From Comamonadaceae bacterium (GTDB lineage: Bacteria > Pseudomonadota > Gammaproteobacteria > Burkholderiales > Burkholderiaceae_C): a DNA stretch of 64,000 bases. The translations under genes were made by a program, and so were the position numbers. The notes under the pieces were generated by a model, which had not been told where the DNA came from, did no database searches, and saw only the letters and a program-made list of their open reading frames with translations. The DNA is taken from assembly GCA_947447355.1 (NCBI GenBank), contig CANFJF010000007.1:711-64710 (forward strand), read 5' to 3'. Of this stretch, positions 28,644-38,026 are shown piece by piece (positions within the stretch are counted from its first letter, which is position 1; each line of letters begins with the position of its first letter).

Positions 28644-29872
28644 ACCCGGACGCCGCTACCATCTGGCGTGCGCCGCGCTGGGCGCTGGCCGTCTTGCTGG
28701 CGCTGCTGGGCATGCTTGGGCCGTTTTCCATTGATACCTACCTGCCGGCATTTGCAGGCATTGGTCAGTCGCTAGGCGCCACACCAGCTGAAATGCAACA
28801 GACCTTGTCGGCGTATCTGTTTGGTTTTGCTTTTATGAATTTGTTTCATGGCGCACTGTCCGACAGTCTTGGACGGCGGCCGGTGGTGCTATGGGGAATT
28901 GCGGTTTTCACGCTCGCCTCGGTTGGTTGTGCGCTGTCTTCAAACATCAGCCAGCTGGTGTTTTTCCGCGCCATGCAGGGCTTGTCCACCGGCGCCGGCA
29001 TCGTGGTGTCGCGGGCGGTCATTCGCGACATGTTTCCGCCAGCACAGGCTCAAAAAGTCATGAGCCAAGTGACCATTTATTTTGGCGTGGCGCCCGCGCT
29101 GGCACCCATGATCGGCGGCTGGCTGTTTGTGCATTTGGGCTGGCACAGTATCTTTTGGTTTTTGGCAGTGGTGGGCGTGGCCCTCTGGACGGCCAATTAC
29201 AAACTGCTGCCTGAGACTTTGCACATCAGCCAACGGCAACCGTTTGAAGTCAAACATTTGATGCGCGGCTATTGGCAGTTGGGTTCAAGCCCGCGCTTTT
29301 TGCTGCTGGCGCTGGCCAGCGGCATCCCCTTCAACGGCATGTTTTTGTACGTGCTCTCAGCACCGGCTTTTTTGGGTGACCATTTGCAATTGCCTCCATC
29401 GCAGTTCTTCTGGTTTTTTGGGCTGACCATCGCCGGCATCATGGCCGGCGCTTGGGCCAGCGGACGCATGGCCGGACGCATCCCGCCGAAGCAGCAAATC
29501 CGCTACGGCTTCCTGATCATGCTGGTGGTCTCGGTGATCAACGTCGCAGCGAATGTATTCTTTACCGCGCATGTGGCCTGGGCCATGTTTCCGATCACCA
29601 TCTTCGCTTTTGGCTGGGCCGTGATGATGCCGGTGGTGACGCTGCTGGTGCTCGATTTGTACCCTGAGCGACGCGGCATGGCGTCTTCTTTGCAGGCCTT
29701 CATCGGTTCTTCAGCGAATGGCATTGTGGCCGGTGTGTTGGCCCCGCTGATCATGCATTCGACCGTCGCGCTCGCCATCGCGTCACTATTCATGATGTGC
29801 ATCGGGCTGTTGGCGTGGGTCTGGCTGCACCGACGCTGGCCAGAGATCGGTCGGCTCATCAGCGCAAATTAA
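28640..29872 (+). CDS. Bcr/CflA-family MFS drug-efflux transporter
   Basis: 410-aa ORF. LGMLGPFSIDTYLPAFAGIGQSLG and LSDSLGRRPVVLWG are typical of the family. Its start overlaps the rsmI stop (ATGA). Confidence 0.8.
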   Translation: MNPDAATIWRAPRWALAVLLALLGMLGPFSIDTYLPAFAGIGQSLGATPAEMQQTLSAYLFGFAFMNLFHGALSDSLGRRPVVLWGIAVFTLASVGCALSSNISQLVFFRAMQGLSTGAGIVVSRAVIRDMFPPAQAQKVMSQVTIYFGVAPALAPMIGGWLFVHLGWHSIFWFLAVVGVALWTANYKLLPETLHISQRQPFEVKHLMRGYWQLGSSPRFLLLALASGIPFNGMFLYVLSAPAFLGDHLQLPPSQFFWFFGLTIAGIMAGAWASGRMAGRIPPKQQIRYGFLIMLVVSVINVAANVFFTAHVAWAMFPITIFAFGWAVMMPVVTLLVLDLYPERRGMASSLQAFIGSSANGIVAGVLAPLIMHSTVALAIASLFMMCIGLLAWVWLHRRWPEIGRLISAN

Positions 29873-29876
29873 GCGT

Positions 29877-30150
29877 GTCATGGCGAGCGAAAATTTGCCG
29901 TTATGGCGAGTTTTCCGAGTCCGGCCAGATACCGCACACAGACCTTGAACCACAGGCCAAGAATGCCGTCACTGCGAGCAAAGCGCGGCAGTCCATCACC
30001 GCGCACCTCGACGATGGATGGCCGCGCTTCGCTCGCCATGACGGGAGGAGTTTTGTCATGGTCGGCTGGATAAAAAATCATATGTTCATGGAAAGCGAAG
30101 CGCAGCAATCCAACGGTCATGGACTGCCGCGCTTCGCTCGCAGTGACGGG
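29877..30150. repeat. Copy B (most complete) of the mosaic palindromic-unit repeat family
   Basis: It holds forward units at 29877, 29900 and 29966-29994, and inverted units at 30013-30045 and 30121-30149. There is an exact 15-nt inverted pair (29877-29891 with 30028-30042) and a 29-nt inverted pair with one mismatch (29966-29994 with 30121-30149). Confidence 0.9.
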
Positions 30151-30184
30151 CAAGGGAATTTCTACATCCCTCAGTTTCAAAGGC

Positions 30185-31315
30185 TCAGAGTTCGCGCCAG
30201 CCGACTTTCCCCGGCCGCGCCGAGTAGTTGGTTTTGGCGTCGAGTTCTTCGACTTGAACGCGGCTGCTGCGGCCTGCATACACAGTTGCTTTGAGCCACG
30301 CGCATTCAAGTGCCAAAGCAGACGCATCGCCCAAGCGCGTGTGCCAGACTTTTTGAGCACCGTCCCAACGGTAGCCGCGCGCCTTGAGCAGGTCTTTGCC
30401 GTCAAACGGCGCGTTCGTCGCTTGCAAGCGAAAGGTCGGATTGAGCGCCGATTCGATCAAGCGCGACAAGCCGCTGGCCTGGGTCGTCTTGAGGGAAGCC
30501 ATCAGCACCGCCAGCAACGCATGGCAGTCCATTTCGGCACGGTGCGCATCGTAGAAAAATCCCAGGTCGTAGGCCAGCGAGGTCAGCTTGGCCGAACCGC
30601 GACCCTCTTTCTTCCAGTCGATGTCGGCAAACGAGCAAGCCCAGTTCAGCGTCGCAAACTGCGGCAGCCTTGATTCGACAAAGGGCCGGTCAAAGCCGGC
30701 GTTGTGCGCCAGCACCAAATCGACGCCATCCAGCATGCGCAGCACCTCGGCCTCATCCAGCCGCTGGCCAAGCAACATGTCGTCGGTGATGCCCGTGATG
30801 GCGATGATCTCGTCGGGCATCGGCATGCCAGGGTCTTCCAAGCCGTCATACACCCGCACGGCACCCACCGGCTGGCCGGTGCGCAAATCCACCGTGACGC
30901 GCAGCAAGGCCAGCTCAACCACCTTGTCGCGCGCTGCGCTCAGGCCGGTGGTTTCAGTATCAAGGACCAGCACCGTGGCCACGGGCCCGGTGGCTGGCGG
31001 AAATTCAAGCCGGGGTACCAGCCGTCTCAACACGCGAAAGTCAGGGTGCGCGTCCAGCACCTTGGCCATGGCTTCGGTTTCGGCGTCAACGTCTGCGGGC
31101 AGCGTGGCTTCGGTTTGGCTTGCTTGGGTTTCGGTTGGCGTTTCGATCGCGGGCTTGGCGATGATCGGCGCAGCAATCACAGCAATCGCAACGGAAGATG
31201 GAGGAAGCGTAGGCGTCTTCAAGGCGATCACCGGCGGCACAGTTGGCATCGGAATAGCAGCGTCATCAAAGCCAAAACCAAGCTGGCGGCTACCGGAAAG
31301 ACTCGATGGTTTCAT
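30185..31315 (-). CDS. DEDDh 3'-5' exonuclease (DnaQ/epsilon-like domain) with a low-complexity N-terminus and an extra C-terminal domain
   Basis: 376-aa ORF with Exo motifs VLDTETTG, AHNAGFD and HRAEMDCHA. The N-terminal ~100 aa are P/A/T/I-rich. I cannot assign the C-terminal ~80 aa (KDLLKARGYRWDGAQKVWHTRL) to a family. Confidence 0.75.
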   Translation of the reverse strand: MKPSSLSGSRQLGFGFDDAAIPMPTVPPVIALKTPTLPPSSVAIAVIAAPIIAKPAIETPTETQASQTEATLPADVDAETEAMAKVLDAHPDFRVLRRLVPRLEFPPATGPVATVLVLDTETTGLSAARDKVVELALLRVTVDLRTGQPVGAVRVYDGLEDPGMPMPDEIIAITGITDDMLLGQRLDEAEVLRMLDGVDLVLAHNAGFDRPFVESRLPQFATLNWACSFADIDWKKEGRGSAKLTSLAYDLGFFYDAHRAEMDCHALLAVLMASLKTTQASGLSRLIESALNPTFRLQATNAPFDGKDLLKARGYRWDGAQKVWHTRLGDASALALECAWLKATVYAGRSSRVQVEELDAKTNYSARPGKVGWREL

Positions 31316-31391
31316 GGGGCTCTCAAAGGTGCAGCGGCTCTGCCGAATGGCGGGCGTCGGGCCGCGAGTCTAGCATTGCCCATGACTCAAA

Positions 31392-33500
31392 TCAACGCAG
31401 CACGGCACTGGCTTTGGCGTCGGAGATCAACGCCTTGGCATCCTCTTCCAGCAAGAAACCTTCTTTGTGAGCCCGCTCGGCGGCCTTCGTCACCGAGGCC
31501 ACGTAGCCGTCGTGCGAACCGTAGCGCTCCTCCAACGACAGGCGGATATCGTGGCTCGCCAAGCGCGCCTGCGCAGTGCGGGCGAATGGCACCATGCCAC
31601 CCACGTAGTTGCAAATCTGGTCTTTGTGAAAGGGTTGCGCACCGTCGGCCGTGACATTCCAGCCCAGATAAGTTCCCAGCGGAGCGTCGGCCAAGACCAC
31701 CGGCAAACCACCGAGTTCATTGCCATCGGCATCGACTTTGGGGGCCATCATTTTCAGCACTTGCTTGATTTTCGGCGGTGCCAATGAGGGAACCCCCGAG
31801 CCGTCTAACGCGTTGAAATCAGGACCCCAGTCGTAGTCCAGCACCGGCATGATGAAGTCGCGTTCAGGCAAGGTAGGCCGTAAACCGGGCAGTGCCGGAA
31901 AGCCCATTGCAGCCTTGTGCGCTTCGACCAGCGTGCCCGCAGCCATCGTCGGATAACGGCTGGCGGGTGGCTCGGTTCCGCGCATCACCCAATTGCGAAA
32001 ATGCACGCGCAGCGCATTGACGGTTTGCGTGTGTGGCATCGGGTTGGCCGGCAAAACAGCTTGGCCAAAATTATTACCAGGGCACATCGGCCCTTCTTTG
32101 GGCAAGCCGGCATAGGGCAAGCTTGAATTGAAACCTCCCGCGCCACCGCCGTGGTTGCTGCCGGCGATGTAATAACGCTTCACGTTAGCCGGCAAAGGCA
32201 GGTCTTGCTTGGCATCGGTGCCAACCCACTCGGGCGTCAGCTTCAAAGCCCAGACCTCGGCGGAACCAAAGTGTTCCATGATCTTTGGGCAAGTGTTGCT
32301 GTCGGTGCAGCGGTCCAGAATACCGGCAGCATGAATGCCGCGCAACACGTCCGGATGTGGCAGCCACCACTGCGGGCCTTCGCTGCCGGCTTGGTACAGC
32401 TCCAGTACGCCGTCAGGCTGCGCCCAACGAAAGTTCAGCGCAATACGCCGACCCGCGATGATCGGCCACAGACCGTCATGCACTCGCGTACCGGCTTCGT
32501 CCCGGTTAAAGCCAAGGTGCAGCCAACCACGCAGGTAATTGCCCGACTGAGACACGCCACGGCCAATGCTGTGCGTCACTGTTTTGGCGATCGGGTTGGG
32601 CGTGCCGACATCATCGGCCTGCGCTTGTTTGAAGAACATGCCAACATCGCGCCAAGCGGCGAAACCCACACCGAGTACATAGGGGTCCGCGGCGATGAAC
32701 ACCACTTGGTAAAGACGCTTCGCGTCAAAGCCTTTTTTCAGGCAAATTTGTGTCGCATCGGGCACACCGGGAAACGGGTTTTGGGCGTCGCAACGGGCCC
32801 ACGCCCAATCACTGGCGATGATGGTTTGCTCGTCGATCACCTCGCCACTCATGGTCTCGCCGGCGCGCGACGTTAATTTGGCTTTAGCCGTCTCCAAGCT
32901 CATGGGCTTGTAAGGCACGGGATTGGTTTGCACCATCAGCGGCTGAGAGCCTAATCCACTGCGGTTGACGATGCGTCCGAGGACTTGGCCCGTGACGCGT
33001 GATCCATCCGCCTGACGCGCTACGGGAACTTGCAAAAACTGCATGCCGTCCACGCTGGCTTTGGGCCGCGCGGTGGTGGCTCCGATGTTGTCACCTTGCC
33101 AAGCGCTGGCCAGTTCGATGTCGCCAAACGCGCGTTCCTGCGGCGCAAACGGATAGACCCGACCTCGGTTGGGTACGTCGTGCCACATCAAACCACTGGC
33201 CTGTTTCAGGTCAACCGGTTTGTTGATAACAAAAGACGCCACATAACGCACTTTGCCATCTGCGTCCTTCGCCAACTCGATGTCTTGGATGATGACGTTG
33301 CCAGGCAACTTGGGGTCTATCTCACCAAAAGCGCGGCCGGCCACCTGCTCGTACGCTATGCCGTTCGGCGCACCGGTTACCGCAGGCATCGGCAGAGTCT
33401 CGTCGATGACGATGCGCGTGACACGCGCCTGCACGGCACAAGACAAAATCAACAAGCTCGCGGCCAAGATTCGCAAGGATTTTTTCATGACACTTTTCAT
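31392..33500 (-). CDS. Large secreted protein of unknown function (possibly an alpha/beta-hydrolase-domain family)
   Basis: 702-aa ORF with a signal peptide (MKKSLRILAASLLILSCAVQA). I find no confidently recognisable catalytic motif. The family assignment is only a weak recollection. Confidence 0.4.
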   Translation of the reverse strand: MKSVMKKSLRILAASLLILSCAVQARVTRIVIDETLPMPAVTGAPNGIAYEQVAGRAFGEIDPKLPGNVIIQDIELAKDADGKVRYVASFVINKPVDLKQASGLMWHDVPNRGRVYPFAPQERAFGDIELASAWQGDNIGATTARPKASVDGMQFLQVPVARQADGSRVTGQVLGRIVNRSGLGSQPLMVQTNPVPYKPMSLETAKAKLTSRAGETMSGEVIDEQTIIASDWAWARCDAQNPFPGVPDATQICLKKGFDAKRLYQVVFIAADPYVLGVGFAAWRDVGMFFKQAQADDVGTPNPIAKTVTHSIGRGVSQSGNYLRGWLHLGFNRDEAGTRVHDGLWPIIAGRRIALNFRWAQPDGVLELYQAGSEGPQWWLPHPDVLRGIHAAGILDRCTDSNTCPKIMEHFGSAEVWALKLTPEWVGTDAKQDLPLPANVKRYYIAGSNHGGGAGGFNSSLPYAGLPKEGPMCPGNNFGQAVLPANPMPHTQTVNALRVHFRNWVMRGTEPPASRYPTMAAGTLVEAHKAAMGFPALPGLRPTLPERDFIMPVLDYDWGPDFNALDGSGVPSLAPPKIKQVLKMMAPKVDADGNELGGLPVVLADAPLGTYLGWNVTADGAQPFHKDQICNYVGGMVPFARTAQARLASHDIRLSLEERYGSHDGYVASVTKAAERAHKEGFLLEEDAKALISDAKASAVLR

Positions 33501-33539
33501 GACGGCGACAAAACCAGAACGGTTGAATCAGGGTGCGGT

Positions 33540-34604
33540 TTAAGGCGCTTGACGAGGTGCGTTTTTCAGCAACTCAGCGACTTGGTCTTTCCACCATTTG
33601 GCCTGCCCTGTGGTGCCGTGACCAGCCGTTTGGTCACTGGCGGGCAGCAACAACAGGCGCGCGTTAGGGATGCGTTTGAGCTCACGTTCCATCACGCCCA
33701 ATTCAGGCGGATTGCGTTCGTCGTCGGCGGAATTGATGGCCAGCAACGTCGCCTTGATTTTTTCCAACCCGGTCAATGGGTTGTAGTCGCGCGAGGAAGC
33801 CCATTGGTACAAAAGATCATTAGCATCCCCCGGCACGGGCGTCTTGAGTCGCAAGTCCAACAACTGGTCGGCCTTGTCACTGGTTGGCGCCAAAGATTGC
33901 AGGGCTTGGTTGCCGCCGCTGGTGGCTGTCGCAAAAAACACCGAGGCAAATTGCGCGCTGCGCGGCTGGGTCGTGTAGTTGCCGCCCAGCCACTCAGGGT
34001 CATTGCGGATGGAGTCGATGATGAGCCGCCGCATCATCCAGTTGCGTCCTGACATAGCACTGGGCATGGACGCCATCGGCACCAGCACATCCATGAAGTC
34101 CGGGTACGCGATGCCCCACATCCACGTTTGCATACCGCCCATAGAGTTACCCAACACCATGCGCACATGCTTGAGGCCCAACCCTTCGGTGACCAACTGG
34201 TGTTGTGCAGACACCATGTCGGTGTAGTTGTATGGCGGAAACTTGGCGCGCATGCCGTCAGAAGGCTTGCTTGAGCGACCCGTGCCGATCGCGTCAGGCA
34301 GGATGATGAAGTATTTGCTGGCGTCCAACGCCTGACCCGGCCCAAACAGCTGACCGGCAAACGCAGGTGTCAGCAGGGCGGCGCTAGACTGGGCAGTGCC
34401 ATGTAAGATGACCACGGGCTCGCCGGTTGGTTCGCCCACCGTGGTGTAGCCGATCTTAAGCTCAGGCATGACCTCACCGGTGTGAAAGCGAAAGTCTTTG
34501 GCCGTCCAGTTGCCCGGCTTGGGGGTTGGATAGCTTTGCGCCATGGCGCAGAAGGCCAAGGTCAACAAAAATAATCCCACACATTTTTTCATCCAGCGCT
34601 GCAT
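33540..34604 (-). CDS. Secreted alpha/beta-fold hydrolase
   Basis: Track ORF 33540..34640. The likely start is ATG 34604 (MQRWMKKCVGLFLLTLAFCAMAQ). The nucleophile-elbow motif is GNSMGG, and VVILHGTAQS is the oxyanion region. Confidence 0.7.
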   Translation of the reverse strand: MQRWMKKCVGLFLLTLAFCAMAQSYPTPKPGNWTAKDFRFHTGEVMPELKIGYTTVGEPTGEPVVILHGTAQSSAALLTPAFAGQLFGPGQALDASKYFIILPDAIGTGRSSKPSDGMRAKFPPYNYTDMVSAQHQLVTEGLGLKHVRMVLGNSMGGMQTWMWGIAYPDFMDVLVPMASMPSAMSGRNWMMRRLIIDSIRNDPEWLGGNYTTQPRSAQFASVFFATATSGGNQALQSLAPTSDKADQLLDLRLKTPVPGDANDLLYQWASSRDYNPLTGLEKIKATLLAINSADDERNPPELGVMERELKRIPNARLLLLPASDQTAGHGTTGQAKWWKDQVAELLKNAPRQAP

Positions 34605-34680
34605 GGTCAGACCTTCAGATTGAGTCAAAGATAGCTGCAAATTTTAAGACCGCTTGCACGGCCAAAGCGGTTTTAAGACC

Positions 34681-35595
34681 TCAGCGTTTACCCTTTGCTT
34701 TGGGCGCGATGCCAGCCATGTTGGCCAGTACCTCACTCACCGACGCCGTGTCTTGCTGACCCAAACCTTGGGCCATGGCGGCGCTGTAAATTGGCACGCA
34801 GGCACTGAACAAGGGTGTTGGGCAATCGACAGACTTGGCCATGTCGCCGATGACCTGCATGTCTTTTTGCCAGACCTCGACTTTCATGGTCGGCGGCGAA
34901 TACTCGCTGCGGATCATGAAGGGCATGCGCAAGCGCATGACGCCCGTGCCGATGACGGGACTGCTGCCGAACAGGTCCAGCACATCTTGCGGGTCCAGCC
35001 CCATCTTGCGCGCCAGCGTCACCGACTCGGCACAGGCGACGTTGTAAATAGCGACCAGATGATTCGCCGCAAATTTCATTTTGGTGCCATTGCCATACGC
35101 CCCCACATACGGCACGTTGTCGGTGAAGACTTTGAGTACTACTTCAACGCGCTTGTAGGCCGCCTTGCTGCCACTGCAAAAAACTGTCCAGGCGCGCTCT
35201 TTCATGCGCACTGCCGTGCCGCTGATCGGGCAGTCCAACACCGACATACCAACCATGCGCAGTGCTTTGAGGGCTTGCTCTTTGTCGTCCATGGGCAAGG
35301 TGCTGGTCTCCACCACCAACAAGCCCTGACCCTTCGCTTTCGGCTTAGCCGCAGCGAGTTTTTGAACCGTCTCTGCCAACGCCACAGAGGTCGATAACGA
35401 CACGATGACGATGGCAGAGGCATCGGCCACCGCCGTTGCCGATGCGAGCGCCTTGCCGCCAGCGGCTTTGAGCCGTTTGCAGGCTGGCGCGGAGACGTCG
35501 TAGCCAACGACTGCATAGCCGCACTTGATCAACTCTTCGGCCATCGCGCTCCCCATGATTCCCAGACCCACGACCCCAATGACTGGCTTGCTCAT
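34681..35595 (-). CDS. NAD(P)-dependent beta-hydroxyacid dehydrogenase family oxidoreductase
   Basis: Track ORF 34681..35634. The likely start is ATG 35595 (MSKPVIGVVGLGIMGSAMA, Rossmann fold). DCPISGT and GNGTKMKFAANHL are family motifs. Confidence 0.75.
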   Translation of the reverse strand: MSKPVIGVVGLGIMGSAMAEELIKCGYAVVGYDVSAPACKRLKAAGGKALASATAVADASAIVIVSLSTSVALAETVQKLAAAKPKAKGQGLLVVETSTLPMDDKEQALKALRMVGMSVLDCPISGTAVRMKERAWTVFCSGSKAAYKRVEVVLKVFTDNVPYVGAYGNGTKMKFAANHLVAIYNVACAESVTLARKMGLDPQDVLDLFGSSPVIGTGVMRLRMPFMIRSEYSPPTMKVEVWQKDMQVIGDMAKSVDCPTPLFSACVPIYSAAMAQGLGQQDTASVSEVLANMAGIAPKAKGKR

Positions 35596-35838
35596 TCCCT
35601 GTTCCTTTTTCTGAGTTGCTCGCAACGGGCGCAATACTCAATCCGCTTTGCACTGGGATGACTTGAGGACAGCGCCAAAATACCAGCCGAAGAATACCCT
35701 TCTTAACCGGGTGCTCAGGTCAAGTGATTGAATGGCGTGTTGAGGACATCACCACAGATCGGTTTCAATACACTGTCGAGACTCGCTGGCCGCTGGCCAG
35801 CGTTGATCCACTTTCTCTTTTTAACAAGAAAGACTTTC

Positions 35839-36264
35839 ATGACGCGACTGACCTTGGCACAAGCCAACAAAATGATTGACTCAGCCCTTGAGCACTCCCA
35901 AAAAATGGGCTACAAGCCCATGGCGGTGGTGGTACTGGATGACGCGGGCCACGTCAAAGCCATGCAGCGCGAAGACGGCGCGAGCATGTTCCGCGTCGAC
36001 GTTGCCACAGGCAAGGCTTGGGGGGCCGTCGGCATGGGCATGTCAAGCCGCGGGCTCAGTGACCGCGCCAAAGACAACCCTAATTTCTTTTTGTCACTGG
36101 CCGCCACATCGGGCGGCAAGTTTCTACCGCAACCCGGCGCAGTCCTGATTAAAAATGCCGAAGGCACCCTATTGGGTGCTGTCGGCGCCAGCGGTGGCAC
36201 GGGTGATGAAGATGAGGCCATCTGTGCACACGGCGTCATAGCTGCAGGCTTTAAGACGACCTGA
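35839..36264 (+). CDS. GlcG/HbpS-like (DUF336) haem-binding-fold protein
   Basis: Track ORF 35728..36264. The likely start is ATG 35839 (MTRLTLAQANKMIDSALEHSQKMGYKPMAVVVLDDAGH). The C-terminal GAVGASGGTGDEDEAIC is typical of DUF336. Confidence 0.7.
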   Translation: MTRLTLAQANKMIDSALEHSQKMGYKPMAVVVLDDAGHVKAMQREDGASMFRVDVATGKAWGAVGMGMSSRGLSDRAKDNPNFFLSLAATSGGKFLPQPGAVLIKNAEGTLLGAVGASGGTGDEDEAICAHGVIAAGFKTT

Positions 36265-36303
36265 GCTTGACCAAAATAGCAGGAAGAGAAGAAGGACGAG
36301 ATT

Positions 36304-37887
36304 TTGAATTTCATTGCAACAGGAAACCTCACCTCTCTCGACCTGTGGATCATTGGCCTGTACGCCATCTGCATCTTGGCCATTGGCCTGTGGGTGTCAC
36401 GAAAAATTGAAAACGCCGACGATTACTTTCTGGCCGGGCGCAGCTTGGGTTGCGTGGCCATCGGCTTCTCACTGTTCGCCTCGAATATCTCCGGCACGAC
36501 GCTGGTCGGTCTGAGCGGTCAGGCCTACACCTCGGGCATTTCGGTGGCCAACTATGAGTGGATGGCCGGCCTGCTGTTTCTGTTCATGGCCTTTGTGACG
36601 GTGCCGGTTTTTTTCAAACAGCGCATCACCACCATCCCCGAATACTTAGAACGGCGCTACAGCCCGACGGTGCGGCGTTACTTCTCAGCACTGACGATAT
36701 TTTTGTCGATCTTCGTTGACACGGCTGGCAGCATTTTTGCTGGCGTGTTGATCCTGCAAGTGTTCTTTCCTGGCTTGCCACTTTGGCCGACCTGTGTTGG
36801 GCTGGCCGTCTTTGCCGGTGCCTACACCGCGATCGGCGGCTTGCGTGCGGTGGTCTACACCGACGTGATCCAAGCTATCGTGCTACTGGCCGGATCAACG
36901 GCGCTGACCTGGCTTATTTTTGCAGCCAACGACTACTCGTGGACACAAGCCACCGCCGGTTTGCCACCAGGTCACTTGTCACTGATACGGCCTCTGGACG
37001 ACCCGAATTTGCCTTGGCTCGGCACCTTGATCGGCGTGCCGATTTTGGGTTTTTACTACTGGTCAACCAACCAATACATCGTGCAACGCGTGCTGGCGGC
37101 GCGCAGCCTGGACCACGCGCGTTGGTCACTGACATTGGCCGGCCTGCTGAAGTTAACGCCCTTGTTCATCATGGTGCTGCCCGGTGCGATGGCTGCCAGC
37201 ATCCTGCCCGACATCGCCAAAGCTGACGCTGTTTTCCCGACGTTGGTGACCACGCTGCTGCCCTCAGGCTTGCGAGGATTGGTACTGGCCGGATTGATCG
37301 CCGCCATCATGTCGACCATCGACAGCACTTTGAATGCAGCGTCGACTTTGGTCTATCACGACTTTTTGAGTGACGCACAGAAAACCCGCTTGGGCCAACA
37401 AGGCGCTGTCAAGATGGCGCGCTGGTTGACGGTGGTGTTCATGCTGATGGCCGCGTTGTGGGCGCCGATGATCAGCAGCTTCCCCGGCATCTTTGCCTAT
37501 CTGCAGGAGATCTTTTCATACGCCGTGCCGCCTGTTGTCGCCATCTTTTTGCTCGGACTTTTTTGGGTGCGCACCACGCCAGCGGCGGCTTTGACTACGC
37601 TGATCATCGGGCATGCCATGGGGCTGGCCACCTTGCTATGCAAACAAGCCGGTTGGCTGACGCTGCACTTCACCATTGTGGCGGGCCTGACCACCGGGGG
37701 GTGCCTGCTGATTTGCATCGGCGTGAGTTTTTGCACCACCCCGCGCGATGACCCGGACATGCGCTCCTCACTTTGGCGGCTGGAGATGGTGCAGCCCGAT
37801 CAACCACGCGGTTGGTTGCTGGACTACCGGGTTCAGGTGGTTGCCGTTGCGTCGCTGACGCTGGCGATTGTTGTCGCTTTTTGGTAG
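36304..37887 (+). CDS. Sodium:solute symporter (SSF) family transporter
   Basis: 527-aa polytopic ORF with a TTG start. DYFLAGRSLG and the YTAIGGLRAVVYTDVIQ region are typical of the SSF family. Confidence 0.8.
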   Translation: MNFIATGNLTSLDLWIIGLYAICILAIGLWVSRKIENADDYFLAGRSLGCVAIGFSLFASNISGTTLVGLSGQAYTSGISVANYEWMAGLLFLFMAFVTVPVFFKQRITTIPEYLERRYSPTVRRYFSALTIFLSIFVDTAGSIFAGVLILQVFFPGLPLWPTCVGLAVFAGAYTAIGGLRAVVYTDVIQAIVLLAGSTALTWLIFAANDYSWTQATAGLPPGHLSLIRPLDDPNLPWLGTLIGVPILGFYYWSTNQYIVQRVLAARSLDHARWSLTLAGLLKLTPLFIMVLPGAMAASILPDIAKADAVFPTLVTTLLPSGLRGLVLAGLIAAIMSTIDSTLNAASTLVYHDFLSDAQKTRLGQQGAVKMARWLTVVFMLMAALWAPMISSFPGIFAYLQEIFSYAVPPVVAIFLLGLFWVRTTPAAALTTLIIGHAMGLATLLCKQAGWLTLHFTIVAGLTTGGCLLICIGVSFCTTPRDDPDMRSSLWRLEMVQPDQPRGWLLDYRVQVVAVASLTLAIVVAFW

Positions 37888-38026
37888 CGGCGGGGTTCTA
37901 CATATCGCAAAGATGTTGCAGAGCACATGATGAAACTCTGCCGTAAAAGTCCGGTAGGATTCTCAGAAACTAAGCTTTAAATTCTTCACTCATCAGTGAC
38001 GGAATTTACGGCCAGCCGAGGGAACC

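Noticed and set aside
29797-30294. Three plus-strand ORFs (25853-26197, 29797-30294, 39300-39536) that encode similar peptides (..EFSESGQIPHTDLEQ.AKNAV.AS...), plus the minus-strand ORFs 29878-30405 and 39149-39523.
   Set aside because: The similarity comes from the shared DNA repeat. The ORFs start and end at unrelated positions, run across hairpin units in both orientations, and overlap neighbouring gene ends. I treat the sequence as non-coding repeat.
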